From: Nanobdellati archaeon | GTDB lineage: Archaea > EX4484-52 > GLR71 | Reading direction: 5' to 3' | Length of the DNA: 64,000 bases | Assembly: GCA_019429005.1 (NCBI GenBank) | Contig: JAHYJR010000001.1 | Coordinates: 40,663-104,662, forward strand | Shown: positions 9,374 through 20,521 of the stretch, piece after piece | Layout: every line of letters begins with the position of its first letter | How positions within the stretch are numbered: the stretch's first letter is position 1 | Program-made: the position numbers and the translations under genes | Notes under the pieces: generated by a model | What the model saw: the letters and a program-made list of their open reading frames with translations, nothing else | Told to the model about the DNA's origin: nothing | Database searches by the model: none

Positions 9374-10603
9374 ATGTCAGATTTAATTATATACATAATA
9401 TATTGTATAATAGGATGTCTCACAGGCTGCATCACCGGCCTAATACCAGGAATACACACAAACACGATTGCATCAATACTTCTAGGATTATATTATACAA
9501 ACAATTTTAATCCACTCACAACTTCAGCATTTATCGTTGGTGCTGCAGTATCACACACATTTCTAGATTTTATACCAGCCATTTTTCTTGGTGCCCCCGA
9601 TAGTAACACAGCACTAATTGTACTCCCTACACACAGAATGCTACTTAAAGGCCGAGGCTATGAAGCAATACTATTGAGTGTTACAGGCGGATTAATGGGT
9701 ATCTTGATATTAACCTTATCTGCATACATCTTATTTACCTATATACCTCAAATATATATCGCAATAAGACCCTACATACATCTGATTCTCATACTGATAA
9801 TGATTATAATAATACACATATCAACAAATAGAAAAGCAACATTATTCATATTTATCTTATCAGGAATTCTCGGACTTGTATCCCTAAACACAAACCTTAT
9901 CAACAAAAATTTTGTCCTTCTCCCTATGTTTAGTGGACTTTTCGGATTAAGCAACCTAATACTAAGTTTTAATGAAACCTCAAACATACCAAAACAAACT
10001 ACAAAAACATCTATTATTCTAAAAGATAATATTTATGGTGCTACTATTGGTGTTTTTGGTGGAACCATATCGGGTTTACTTCCAGGTCTTGGAACATCAC
10101 AATGCAGTATGATACTAAAAGAATTAGGATTTATTAAAAAAACAAAGATTTTCATAACAGTCCTTGGTTGTATCGGTACTATTGATATAATATTATCATT
10201 CATTTCAATATATTTGATTGGAAATGCGAGAAGTGGTAGTGCAATAATAATCGAAAATATTATGAATACACTGACCTTTGACACTTTAGTTCTTTTTTGT
10301 GGGCTTGCACTCATATCTGCAGGATTATCCGCAATAATAACAATGTATATTGGTCAACATGCAGCAAAACTTGTTGAAAATATAAACTACCAAAAAATGA
10401 CAGCATCAGTCATAATACTAATAATATTAATAACAATACTTTTCAGCAGACTATATGGTTTAATACTCCTAATAAGTTCAACAGCCTTAGGTATTGCAAC
10501 AAAAAAAATGAAAGTCAAAGTCAGTATACTTATGGGGTGTCTAATAATACCAACAATATTATATTTCTCTGGATACTTATACATAATACTCAAAATATTC
10601 TAA
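9374..10603 (+). CDS. Tripartite tricarboxylate transporter TctA/DUF112-family membrane protein
   Basis: TGLIPGIHTN, HTFLDFIPAIFLGAP, LPTHRMLLKGRG, GLLPGLG, GNARSG. Confidence 0.88.
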   Translation: MSDLIIYIIYCIIGCLTGCITGLIPGIHTNTIASILLGLYYTNNFNPLTTSAFIVGAAVSHTFLDFIPAIFLGAPDSNTALIVLPTHRMLLKGRGYEAILLSVTGGLMGILILTLSAYILFTYIPQIYIAIRPYIHLILILIMIIIIHISTNRKATLFIFILSGILGLVSLNTNLINKNFVLLPMFSGLFGLSNLILSFNETSNIPKQTTKTSIILKDNIYGATIGVFGGTISGLLPGLGTSQCSMILKELGFIKKTKIFITVLGCIGTIDIILSFISIYLIGNARSGSAIIIENIMNTLTFDTLVLFCGLALISAGLSAIITMYIGQHAAKLVENINYQKMTASVIILIILITILFSRLYGLILLISSTALGIATKKMKVKVSILMGCLIIPTILYFSGYLYIILKIF

Positions 10604-10632
10604 ATAACTATACTACAATTGGTGTTAATCAA

Positions 10633-11799
10633 ATGCTTCATTTAAAACATAGAATCCAAAAAAACCAAATTGGAAAATATGCTATAATTGTTTTGATTTT
10701 TGCGTCAGCGGGTGCATTTATATCACCTATATATTCTCTTTTTATAAAACGCTTCGTTATCCAGGATAATCTAGTTGGAGTACTTATAAGTTGTGCAACA
10801 ATCTTTGCTATATTTGCAAGTATCTTTTCAAGCAAACTTATCAAAAAATATGGTAAAATAAAGACATTGAAAACAACAACAATATCAGCATCACTACTTT
10901 ATCTATCACTAACATTAGTAAAAACCACCTTCAGTTTAACAATTATAGAAATATTAAGAACAACATCAATAACAATCGCAGCAATATGTTTAGGTCTTCT
11001 TATAAAAGACATAAGTAAAAAATCAGAACTTGATAAAGCTGAAGGACTTACTTATGCATTCAGCAATATTGGCTGGTTTATCGCACCAATTCTAGGGGGG
11101 TTTCTAGCAAACATCTACGGTTTTGATGTGTTGTTCATAATAGCAAGCATGCTTATGCTAGTAACTGTAGTGGGTATAGATTCAAATCAATTTAAAGAAC
11201 ACAACTACACACATACAGAGATAAATCTCAAAGAAGATATAATTGCATATTTCACACATAATTCAGAATTAAAACATATCTATATAGTTAGTTTAGGACT
11301 TTCAATGTTTTACATCACAACTGTTACATACTTACCCCTAATACTTTCAGAATCAAACATAACAACAACGCAAATTGGTTTTATAATGAGTCTATTAATA
11401 GTACCCCTTCTTTTATTTGAATATCCAGTTGGACTATTCGCAAAAAAGCAGGGGGATCAAAAATTAATAACGCGTGGTTTTTTAATAATTACAATATCAA
11501 CACTTGCGATGTATGTATCATATAATAACACAACAATATTTATTATGTCAATGCTACTAGGTTATATTGGTGCAGCTATGATAGAACCATTAAAAGACGC
11601 ATATTTCATCAAAAGAACACCAAAAGAGCACACAACATCATTTTGGGGTGTATACAAAACATCACATCAGATAGGTTCTATAATAGGACCACTTATTGCA
11701 TCTATTGCCATAACATTCATGACTCTAAATGGTATGTTCCTCATTTTCATCCCTCTATTCGGATATATAACATACATATCCTCAAAACTAAAGAATTAG
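10633..11799 (+). CDS. MFS transporter
   Basis: About 12 hydrophobic segments, SKLIKKYGK motif-A-like loop, GWFIAPILGG, GSIIGPLIA; GGTG SD before ATG 10633. Confidence 0.88.
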   Translation: MLHLKHRIQKNQIGKYAIIVLIFASAGAFISPIYSLFIKRFVIQDNLVGVLISCATIFAIFASIFSSKLIKKYGKIKTLKTTTISASLLYLSLTLVKTTFSLTIIEILRTTSITIAAICLGLLIKDISKKSELDKAEGLTYAFSNIGWFIAPILGGFLANIYGFDVLFIIASMLMLVTVVGIDSNQFKEHNYTHTEINLKEDIIAYFTHNSELKHIYIVSLGLSMFYITTVTYLPLILSESNITTTQIGFIMSLLIVPLLLFEYPVGLFAKKQGDQKLITRGFLIITISTLAMYVSYNNTTIFIMSMLLGYIGAAMIEPLKDAYFIKRTPKEHTTSFWGVYKTSHQIGSIIGPLIASIAITFMTLNGMFLIFIPLFGYITYISSKLKN

Positions 11800-11811
11800 A
11801 AATAACCAAAG

Positions 11812-13062
11812 TTAAATCTTGATAAGACGAACCTTTAATATCTGCATCGTGTCAACAGCTTCTATAATTGCAGTAAAACCAAATTCAGGAATATCTATTT
11901 TCTCATTTAATATTGGTATCCGTCCAAGACGATGTAAAATAAATCCACCCAAAGTATCATATTTAGGATCAACAATATCAATACAGTTTATACCCAATTC
12001 AACTTCCAAATCTTCCATATATATGTCACCATCTACAATATATGTAGAACCCTTAAGTTTTCGTATTTTTTTAAGTTCGGTATCTGTTTCATCATAAATC
12101 TCACCCACAAGCTCTTCAAGTATATCTTCAAGAGTTACAATACCAGAAATACTTCCATACTCATCAACAACTAATGCAATATGAATTTGTTTTTTCTGAA
12201 ATAATTTCAACAAAACACCAATCTTTTTTGTTTCAGGTACAAATATTGGTTTATGTAACATTTTTTTAAGATTAAAATCAGACTTTTTCTTCCTCAAATA
12301 ATGAAGAAAATCGCGTACATACAATACACCTTTAATATTATCAATCGAATCTTCATAAACCGGTATTCTGGAATAATTAACAGTATCTATAAATTCTAAT
12401 AAAGCCCTCTTTGATGTATTAATATCAAGACCCACAACTTTCATACGTTGAATCATTATATCTTTAACAAGAAAGTCATCAAAATTAAGCACACGATGCA
12501 TAAACTCTTTTTCATCTTTTTTTATAGCACCTTGCTCAGCACTCATTGAAATAAATGATTTCAAATATTCCTCAGTAATCTTCTGTTTGTTTTCCATAGC
12601 ACCATTATTCACAAGAACCCCTGTTATCTTAAGTAACAACGCGCCTAAAGGATACATAAAAATTTCCAACAGAACAATTAACTTTGAAACGTGAAGAGAT
12701 ACATATTCTGAATGCTTAAGTGCATAAGATTTAGGAGATATTTCACAAAAGACTAAAATAATTAAAGTCATCACTCCTGTTGCAATACCAACACCAACTG
12801 AACCATATAAACTAATTGCTATTGATGTCGCAATAGCTGATGAGCCTATATTAACAAGATTATTTCCAACAAGAACTGTAACAAGAAAACGGTCCGGATT
12901 TTGCTTAAGTTTATATAAAGCCTTAGCCCCACGAACATTCGTACTTGCAAGAAATTGTGCTCGAATCTTACTAACTGACACAATTGCTGTTTCAACACCT
13001 GAAAAAAATGCAGATAATAATAAAAAAATAAACAGCAATACAAATGTAATTGCAAAACTCAT
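11812..13062 (-). CDS. CNNM/CorC-HlyC (DUF21-CBS-CorC) Mg2+ transporter
   Basis: SAFFSGVETA, LVGNNLVNI, EISPKSYA, YSRIPVYE, VVDEYG..GIVTLEDILEELVGEI.DE. Confidence 0.94.
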   Translation of the reverse strand: MSFAITFVLLFIFLLLSAFFSGVETAIVSVSKIRAQFLASTNVRGAKALYKLKQNPDRFLVTVLVGNNLVNIGSSAIATSIAISLYGSVGVGIATGVMTLIILVFCEISPKSYALKHSEYVSLHVSKLIVLLEIFMYPLGALLLKITGVLVNNGAMENKQKITEEYLKSFISMSAEQGAIKKDEKEFMHRVLNFDDFLVKDIMIQRMKVVGLDINTSKRALLEFIDTVNYSRIPVYEDSIDNIKGVLYVRDFLHYLRKKKSDFNLKKMLHKPIFVPETKKIGVLLKLFQKKQIHIALVVDEYGSISGIVTLEDILEELVGEIYDETDTELKKIRKLKGSTYIVDGDIYMEDLEVELGINCIDIVDPKYDTLGGFILHRLGRIPILNEKIDIPEFGFTAIIEAVDTMQILKVRLIKI

Positions 13063-13091
13063 AACAAATCAAACTCAAATATACTTCGGTA

Positions 13092-14102
13092 TTAATGTTT
13101 ATAAAATTTATCCTTGTTTTCCATTACACCTAACAAAATTATTTTTTTTACAGCTGCAATACCAATATCTTTTTCAGCAGAAACCTCAAAAACAGGTATT
13201 TTTGATACAGATAGGTTTAATTCTTTCTTTAAATTAACTATAGATTCTTTTGAAGCCATATCTATTTTATTAATACAAATAATAAAAGGCAAATCAAACG
13301 TTTTATTAATCTCACGATAAAGCTTTAATTGTACATTTAGAGGATACCCGCAAGTTTCTGACACATCAAACACAAAAAGTATTTTATTAGCAAGATATTT
13401 CAATGCTAAAACAGATCTCATTTCAATATCATTACGTTTTTCCATAAGCCTATCAAGAAGTCCTGGCGTATCAATAATTTGTATAGTCTTTTCCAAATTT
13501 CCAATCCTAATTGATCTTGTTGTAAATGGATATTTCTGTATATCTGGATTTGCACCTGTAATAGCCTTAAGAATTGAAGATTTTCCAACATTAGGTAATC
13601 CTGCTATAACAATCGTTGGCATATCCCTTATATCTGGAAGCACTTTAAATTGTATCCTACACATTTCAATATATTCCATATCTCTACGAATTTGCTTCAA
13701 AACTGAAGCTAAACGACCATAAAACTGCGTTCTTAAACGCATTAAGTCTTGTGGTCTTGAACCTTTTATTTTTTTCTTATACTCTAACAAAAATTTCTCA
13801 AGAAATTCAAATGCCCATCTAATAGCAGCCATTGATTTTTTAAACTGATTCTTATCAACAATTAAAGAGATTAATTCATTATAAAATGGTGAAAGCATGT
13901 TTACCCTTGGAACCTTATCATGAATATTTTTAAGATATGTTACAACAACCATTGTAGATGTTTCTAACCGAATTAACTCTTTTAATCTCTTTTTCATGAC
14001 AGGGTCTTGTGCGCTAACATTATCTGCAGCCTGCTTAGCCCTACGAAAAGCTTTATTCAATATTACATTATAATTTTCAACTTTAGGTATTTTAGGGATC
14101 AT
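13092..14102 (-). CDS. NOG1-family GTP-binding protein
   Basis: G1 GLPNVGKS, YPFTT, DTPGLLDR, NKID; N-terminal helical domain with PFYNEL. Confidence 0.93.
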   Translation of the reverse strand: MIPKIPKVENYNVILNKAFRRAKQAADNVSAQDPVMKKRLKELIRLETSTMVVVTYLKNIHDKVPRVNMLSPFYNELISLIVDKNQFKKSMAAIRWAFEFLEKFLLEYKKKIKGSRPQDLMRLRTQFYGRLASVLKQIRRDMEYIEMCRIQFKVLPDIRDMPTIVIAGLPNVGKSSILKAITGANPDIQKYPFTTRSIRIGNLEKTIQIIDTPGLLDRLMEKRNDIEMRSVLALKYLANKILFVFDVSETCGYPLNVQLKLYREINKTFDLPFIICINKIDMASKESIVNLKKELNLSVSKIPVFEVSAEKDIGIAAVKKIILLGVMENKDKFYKH

Positions 14103-14140
14103 AGACTCAACTTACACAGTTAATTTTAAAAGAGGATTTA

Positions 14141-14767
14141 TTATTTTTTATGGTTATACACATAATTTAAATTATTTTTAGAAACATAATCATTTGATAC
14201 AAAAGACTTTAAAGAACTATCTGATACAATTTCATCAATACGACTTGGTATCCTTTGAAGATATTTATCTTGAAGATTAATGTAAGTATCCTGCACTCTT
14301 TCCAAAATGGGTTTAATTGTATCTTTTCCAGAAAGATCTTCAATACGATTTTGAATATTTTGCTTCATCAAATAAATATGTTTTATAAAATCATTATCTG
14401 ACACGAGATTACAAGATGACTCGGGGTTTTCAATTACCATATTCAAATTAGCATTTAAAACTGAAATATCATTTACATCAACACATTTTTTATCCGAAAC
14501 AACAACATGACTTTTATGACTTGATAAAAAAACATCATCAAGACCCTGCAAATCAGCATCTGTTAAAACAATTGTGTTTTTAGAACCAATATCACCTAAA
14601 TCATCACAAACATTAGATATCTGTTCAAATTCATTCAAAAGTTCTTCTAATGTTCTTTCTTTATCAACCCTTCTTGAATTTTGACTAAATTTTTCAGAAA
14701 TAACTCCAAGAGAGAAAAAAACCGTAACAATTGACAATAAAGATATCAATAAAATAACACTAACCAT
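14141..14767 (-). CDS. Hypothetical protein with N-terminal membrane anchor
   Basis: Long ORF, hydrophobic N-terminus, GTGGT SD; no recognised family. Confidence 0.65.
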   Translation of the reverse strand: MVSVILLISLLSIVTVFFSLGVISEKFSQNSRRVDKERTLEELLNEFEQISNVCDDLGDIGSKNTIVLTDADLQGLDDVFLSSHKSHVVVSDKKCVDVNDISVLNANLNMVIENPESSCNLVSDNDFIKHIYLMKQNIQNRIEDLSGKDTIKPILERVQDTYINLQDKYLQRIPSRIDEIVSDSSLKSFVSNDYVSKNNLNYVYNHKK

Positions 14768-14778
14768 AAATACCACAA

Positions 14779-15264
14779 TTATTCATTTTTTGTATTATCA
14801 ATTAAAAGTGCATGCTTTTTAAAATCGATAAACATTTTTTTAAGATTCTCAAGTTCTTCATCATGCCCAATAGTTATTACTTGATCCTGTGTATTATTAA
14901 ACTTTAAATCAAACTCGGATATTTTAACTGTTAACGAATCTAATACAACCTTATGTTGTGCAACAACATCATCCAAAACATCAAGCTTCCCTAAATCAGA
15001 ATTTGTAACTTTAGCCATACTATCTATACTATTTTTAAATAAACCCAATTCTTTATGCATTGAATTAACTTCAATCTGAAGCTCACGTATATCTGATTGA
15101 ACTTTATTTATAATATCAATAAGTACAGTATTTCGTGCCGCAATAGTCTTGTCTTCAACAGCAATTGTCTCAAGATTATTAAGCCGCTCATCAATATTTG
15201 TAAATTCTTGCTTATGCTCCAACTTATCCTTTAAATGTTTTATATGTTTATCAATATATTCCAT
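14779..15264 (-). CDS. Hypothetical coiled-coil protein
   Basis: Heptad-rich ORF co-oriented with its neighbours; AGGATG SD-like site. Confidence 0.7.
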   Translation of the reverse strand: MEYIDKHIKHLKDKLEHKQEFTNIDERLNNLETIAVEDKTIAARNTVLIDIINKVQSDIRELQIEVNSMHKELGLFKNSIDSMAKVTNSDLGKLDVLDDVVAQHKVVLDSLTVKISEFDLKFNNTQDQVITIGHDEELENLKKMFIDFKKHALLIDNTKNE

Positions 15265-15363
15265 AACAATCATCCTAAAAACAAGTTATAATTATTTGTA
15301 TACTCAACTACATAAAGATTATATAATCCCTAACTATTATCACACCATAACAACCCTAATTAA

Positions 15364-17100
15364 TCAACTATCAAAATAACATTTGGCCGTATCTAATTTT
15401 TTAAGATGCCTCGATTTTATATTTTTTGCTTGATTAAAAAGACCCTCTTTTGAAGCAAATATTTCATCAATATGTTCATTTACTTTTTCTTTACCAAGGA
15501 ATTTAGGAATTATAACATAATCTGCACCCAACTCATACAATTTAAGTGAATCCTCAATTGTTATTGCCGTAAGAAAAACAACCGTTTCTTTAGATTTGGA
15601 TTTAACTGCAACCAAAATAAATTTATTGTCTTCAAAATATGGTGTTGTTGAAACTACAAATTTTGCAGAATCAAAATTAAGTTTTTCAATAACTTCTTTA
15701 TTCCGAACATCGCCATATAAAACATACATTTTGTGGTTTTTAAGAGTTTCATGATTTTCTTTTGAAAGATGTTGTACTATCTCAGGATTATAATCTAGAA
15801 CAATTATGTCCTTACCCAAACTCTTAAGTTTCTCAAGTATACCGCTACCAAATAAATGACAACCAATAAGTACTGTATGTCCTGAAATGTCTTTAGACTC
15901 TACGATGTCATTTGTTTTGATTTTAAAAAAATTATCAAAATAATCTGAAATCCCTATCTTTGATAATAAATCAAAAAGAAAATTTCCATAACGTATCATA
16001 TATGCACTTACAGAAATTGTGACAATTGCAACTATTGCTGTTATTGAAAAAAGTGTACTAGGTATAAGTCCTTGAACAACAGCAATCCCTGCAAGAATTA
16101 ATGAAAACTCACTAATCTGGCTCAAACTTACAGAAGTTATAAAAGCAGTCCTGAAACTATATCCAAATTTCATTGCAATTATAAAAATAATCAACGGTTT
16201 TACTATAAGTATAAACAATATAAGAGCTACAATTGGCCAAAACAAACCCATAATACCAGATGGCACAATTTGCATCCCAAGAGATACAAAGAAAAGTACA
16301 GCAAAGAAATCTCTCAAAGAAGACATTTTGCTTATAATCTCAAGGTCATAAGGGTATGCTGCAAGACTTAAACCACCAATAAATGCACCAATTGCCATTG
16401 GAAAACCAATCATCTCTGAAAGACCTATAAAAAAGAAACATGAAGATAATGCTGTTAAAAACAAAAGTTCTGTTGATTTATTTGCATAAGAAAATACTTT
16501 TGGAAAAATATGAAATTTAAAAAACAATGCAAGAAGAAGAAGTCCAAACCCATAAATAAAAGTATAAACAAATTGAAAAGAATTTGTTGAATTAAACCCT
16601 AATATTAAAGATGTGCCCAATATTGCAAAAATATCCTGAATCAATAATATACCTATCATTATTCGACTTTCAAGAGTTTCAAGCAACCTCATATCACTTA
16701 GAAGTTTAACTACAACCATTGTACTACTTAAAGACAGAATCATACCCAAAACAATAGATTCAATAATTGTAAACCCTATAAACTGTGAAAAGAAATAAGC
16801 AATAACAAAAGTTAAAATTACCTGAAGGGACCCACCATAAATCACAAAAGAACCTACATTCTTAAGTTTTTTAATATCAATTTCCATACCTACAATAAAA
16901 AGAAGAAATATAACACCCAGTTCACTCAAAACGGAAATAATATCCCCACTAGTTATAATCCCAAGACCTATTGGTCCAAGAAAAACTCCAGCAAGCATAT
17001 ATACAGGTATTGAAGGTTGTTTTAAAAAACGTGCAATAAAAGCAAAAAAAGTTGCAAAAATTATTATAACACCAATATCAAAAAGTAAAGCTCCTGCCAT
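15364..17100 (-). CDS. CPA2 cation:proton antiporter (Kef-like) with RCK/TrkA-N domain
   Basis: SELGVIFLLFIVGME, SSTMVVVKLL, GILLIQD, SQISEFS, YGDV...GADYVI. Confidence 0.93.
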   Translation of the reverse strand: MAGALLFDIGVIIIFATFFAFIARFLKQPSIPVYMLAGVFLGPIGLGIITSGDIISVLSELGVIFLLFIVGMEIDIKKLKNVGSFVIYGGSLQVILTFVIAYFFSQFIGFTIIESIVLGMILSLSSTMVVVKLLSDMRLLETLESRIMIGILLIQDIFAILGTSLILGFNSTNSFQFVYTFIYGFGLLLLALFFKFHIFPKVFSYANKSTELLFLTALSSCFFFIGLSEMIGFPMAIGAFIGGLSLAAYPYDLEIISKMSSLRDFFAVLFFVSLGMQIVPSGIMGLFWPIVALILFILIVKPLIIFIIAMKFGYSFRTAFITSVSLSQISEFSLILAGIAVVQGLIPSTLFSITAIVAIVTISVSAYMIRYGNFLFDLLSKIGISDYFDNFFKIKTNDIVESKDISGHTVLIGCHLFGSGILEKLKSLGKDIIVLDYNPEIVQHLSKENHETLKNHKMYVLYGDVRNKEVIEKLNFDSAKFVVSTTPYFEDNKFILVAVKSKSKETVVFLTAITIEDSLKLYELGADYVIIPKFLGKEKVNEHIDEIFASKEGLFNQAKNIKSRHLKKLDTAKCYFDS

Positions 17101-17558
17101 AATAACACATCAAAAATTAAAAATACAAATATACTATTTAACTATACTTTTTATTTAACTAAATTAATTTTGTGAGATTCTATTTATATCAATTTCTGTA
17201 AATTTTAAAAAAGATAAAGAGGTGAGAATATACACTTTTTTGATCATATGCATAAACATCACAAAAAAGTGCTTTGGTGGTTGAATGCCCAACTATTTTG
17301 GTGGTTAAAAAATAGTGTAATAAATATATTGTTTATTCTATTTATAATGTTTTCGGTTTTATCAACAGTAAACTATTTAAACACCAACCACTCAAATTGA
17401 AAATCAATATACCAAAACAAAATCAATTAAATAAAAATTAAAATAATAACACATAAAAATTCATAAAATTATAAAATTTATAATATAAATAAAAAGAAAC
17501 ATAATCATTCTTTTAGTATTAAAAAAATATGTAATTTATAATCAATTAGGTGTATACT

Positions 17559-19472
17559 TTGCTTGAAATAAAATATAGAGATGCTGCTGGAAGGGTCTGT
17601 GATTGGACTTTTGATAAATACAAAATAACAACACCAAATATAGCAATAGTTATAAACCCAAACAAAATGATAATACCTGCAAAAGAACTTAAAGAAAAAT
17701 TCGGTGTTGAAATTATAATAACAAATGCATATATCATAAAAAAATCTAAACATGCTAACGAAATTGAAAAAATGGGTATACATAAATTCTTAGACTGGGA
17801 TGGTCCAATATACACAGATAGTGGAACATTTCAAATGTATTCAAAGGGCAAAGTTGATATCACACCAGATGAAACAATAGAATATCAAAAAAAAATAGGG
17901 TCTAATATAATAACACCTCTGGATTTATTTACACTTCCTGAAGACAAAGAAGATATAGTCAAATCAAAACTTACTGAAACAATAGAGCGAATGAAAATTG
18001 CAAAAACCAAAATAACAGATAGTCTTTTTGTAGGACCAATCCAGGGTGGAGCCTATATGGATTTGCGAATCCTAGCAGCCCAAGAAACAAACAAAATAAA
18101 ACCGGACATATTTGCAATTGGTGGAATTGTACCACTGATGGAACAATATAGATACCGCGACCTTGTAAACACAATAATTAATGTAAGAGAAAACCTATCG
18201 CTTGACAGACCATTACATGCTTTTGGTGCGGGACATCCAATGATGTTTTCACTTCTTGCAGCGATTGGTATTGATCTTTTTGATTCTGCTGCATATGCTC
18301 TATATGCCAAAGGCGGAAGATATATGATGCCAGACGGTACTCGTAAATTAGCAGAAATGGAAGAACTCCCTTGCACATGTCCAATCTGTGCAACTACAAA
18401 ACTTAAAGATTTCACATTAGGAGATCTTACAAGACATAACCTTTATGTAACAATGGCTGAAATACGCGCAATCAGACAAGCTATGTTTGAAGGTCGACTT
18501 TTGGAATTTGCAGAACAGAGAGCAAGATCACACCCACATCTTCTCGATGGCTTTAAAGAAGCACTTAAATATAAAGAATATCTTGAAAAATTTGAACCTA
18601 TAACTAAAAAAAGCGCATTCTTTGTGACGGGTCCAGAAAGCCTAGAAAAACCATCCGTATACAGATACAAAAAACGTATCAAAGAACGTTATGTTGCACC
18701 TAAACGAAAAAATGGTATAATTATAAACACATTCAAAAAAAATATAATATCTACAACAGATACACATTTTGTACTTATTAAATCGCCATTTGGTGTTGTT
18801 CCCGCAGAACTGACAAATCTTTATCCAGCAGGCCAAACAGTTGCACTTAAAAATAATTATAAGATTATAGAAACTGCAAATAAAGAAAGTATCAAAGATT
18901 ATGTGAAATCAAATAAAGAGTCTTATTCAAAAATGACTATTATTGATAACAAATACGAAGAAGCTTGGAAAAAAGATGCGAAAGATGAAGAAAAAGATCA
19001 TTTTCTCGAAATACGAAGTGTTCTTATGTTCCAATATGGAAAGAAAGCAATAAATATATTCAAAAACATGGATCTCGAACACGAAATATCTCTTGAAATT
19101 TCAAAAAAAACAAAACGAATCAGACGCGTATTAAATAAAGATAAACTCCTTGGAACACTCAGAGCAAGCGATGGACTTTTTATTCCATCCATTTATTGTG
19201 CAGAATTAATCAAAAACTGTCTTGATTATCCAGATTATAGAGTTGTCATAACAGACGATGCCGTACCTTTTGTTAGAGATGGAAAAAGCGTTTTCTCAAA
19301 ATTTGTAAAAGCAGCAGATAAAAACATACGACCTTATGACGAAGTTTTTATTGTAGACTCCAAAGATAATCTAATTGCGACAGGAAAAACTCTGTTGAAC
19401 GGACAAGAACTACTTGATTTCAATCATGGACTTGGAGTAAAAACTAGAGAAAGTATTAAAGAACAAAAATAG
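17559..19472 (+). CDS. tgtA: Archaeosine tRNA-guanine(15) transglycosylase
   Basis: TDSGTFQ, GPIQGG, IGGIVPLME, HAFGAGHP, DLFDSAAY, CTCPIC...H Zn site, C-terminal PUA (GKSVFSKFV); AGGTG SD before TTG 17559. Confidence 0.96.
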   Translation: MLEIKYRDAAGRVCDWTFDKYKITTPNIAIVINPNKMIIPAKELKEKFGVEIIITNAYIIKKSKHANEIEKMGIHKFLDWDGPIYTDSGTFQMYSKGKVDITPDETIEYQKKIGSNIITPLDLFTLPEDKEDIVKSKLTETIERMKIAKTKITDSLFVGPIQGGAYMDLRILAAQETNKIKPDIFAIGGIVPLMEQYRYRDLVNTIINVRENLSLDRPLHAFGAGHPMMFSLLAAIGIDLFDSAAYALYAKGGRYMMPDGTRKLAEMEELPCTCPICATTKLKDFTLGDLTRHNLYVTMAEIRAIRQAMFEGRLLEFAEQRARSHPHLLDGFKEALKYKEYLEKFEPITKKSAFFVTGPESLEKPSVYRYKKRIKERYVAPKRKNGIIINTFKKNIISTTDTHFVLIKSPFGVVPAELTNLYPAGQTVALKNNYKIIETANKESIKDYVKSNKESYSKMTIIDNKYEEAWKKDAKDEEKDHFLEIRSVLMFQYGKKAINIFKNMDLEHEISLEISKKTKRIRRVLNKDKLLGTLRASDGLFIPSIYCAELIKNCLDYPDYRVVITDDAVPFVRDGKSVFSKFVKAADKNIRPYDEVFIVDSKDNLIATGKTLLNGQELLDFNHGLGVKTRESIKEQK

Positions 19473-19495
19473 ATATAAACAAAATATAAAAATAA

Positions 19496-20521
19496 TCACT
19501 TATGCTCTACAATATTCCGATATGCTGGAGAATATGTAACAATTCTTTGAGTTCCACTAATCAGATAATTATATGATGCGTTTACAACAAACTTATATGG
19601 TGTCAATATAGGTACTTCACTAATAGGGGGTGCAAGAAGAACACAAGGAAGGTCTGTTGATTTATCTCTAAATATCACTTTTTTAGTCTTAGATTTGTCA
19701 GTATCACTTAAACGCAATTCAACACCCACTTGATTAAATAATTCAGAATCGCAAAGCTCACTTTTAGTAATTACATCAGGCAAAGTTATTGTTAAATCGC
19801 CAATATTCACAAGACCAGTTCCAAAATTTCTAACAGTCACATACAACGTCCAATTTGAATCGGAAACTATAGGCTGTGGTTCTGCAGGTTTTAAATTTAT
19901 TGCAACCGGACCATATGTCGCAATATTGCTCCCTGTTAAGGGTAGTTCTTTATCAGAATATTGCCTTTCTGAAAGTTCTTGATTACTTGCAAAATAAATA
20001 TAATTTGTAGTGATTGCTTGAGCTGTATAATTCAGATAAAATGCAAAATCGCAAACATGTTCACCCACCATTATAGCTTTTTCAGATGGTGCTTTTAATT
20101 TCCATTGCAATTTTTGTACCTCACCCGGTTTGATATTCATCATACAAGACTTAGGAAAACCTACAACACATTGTTTTTTAGGTACAACACTAAATTCTGA
20201 AATTTTATAAAGATAATTACAGTAATCGGTAAGAACACCGTCACCATCAAATTTGGATACGCCAGGTGCACTATCAGAATCTAAAAGATATGTTACAGGT
20301 ACTTGACCAACATTTTCAATTTCCATCAATACTAAAAAAGGCCCATCAACAGGTATTTCACTAGAAGGCGTTACAACCAAACTATTTACTTTCAAAAGAT
20401 CAGTACTAACAATTTGTGTGTTTATATCTTGACCTCCACCTATACCAAAACAACCGCTAGTCATAAGTACAAAAAATAAGATTAAAAAAATAAAAAAAGA
20501 TTTAAAAAATTTAAATTTCAT
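19496..20521 (-). CDS. Secreted/lipo surface protein with Ig-like beta domains
   Basis: Basic N-terminus, hydrophobic stretch and TSGC lipobox-like motif; ENVG and RNFGTG beta motifs; paired Cys. Confidence 0.8.
   Translation of the reverse strand: MKFKFFKSFFIFLILFFVLMTSGCFGIGGGQDINTQIVSTDLLKVNSLVVTPSSEIPVDGPFLVLMEIENVGQVPVTYLLDSDSAPGVSKFDGDGVLTDYCNYLYKISEFSVVPKKQCVVGFPKSCMMNIKPGEVQKLQWKLKAPSEKAIMVGEHVCDFAFYLNYTAQAITTNYIYFASNQELSERQYSDKELPLTGSNIATYGPVAINLKPAEPQPIVSDSNWTLYVTVRNFGTGLVNIGDLTITLPDVITKSELCDSELFNQVGVELRLSDTDKSKTKKVIFRDKSTDLPCVLLAPPISEVPILTPYKFVVNASYNYLISGTQRIVTYSPAYRNIVEHK

Noticed and set aside
17248-17400. 50-aa ORF MHKHHKKVLWWLNAQLFWW...
   Set aside because: It runs through TATA-like promoter sequence, and the WW pairs simply reflect the TGGTGG repeats; no coding support
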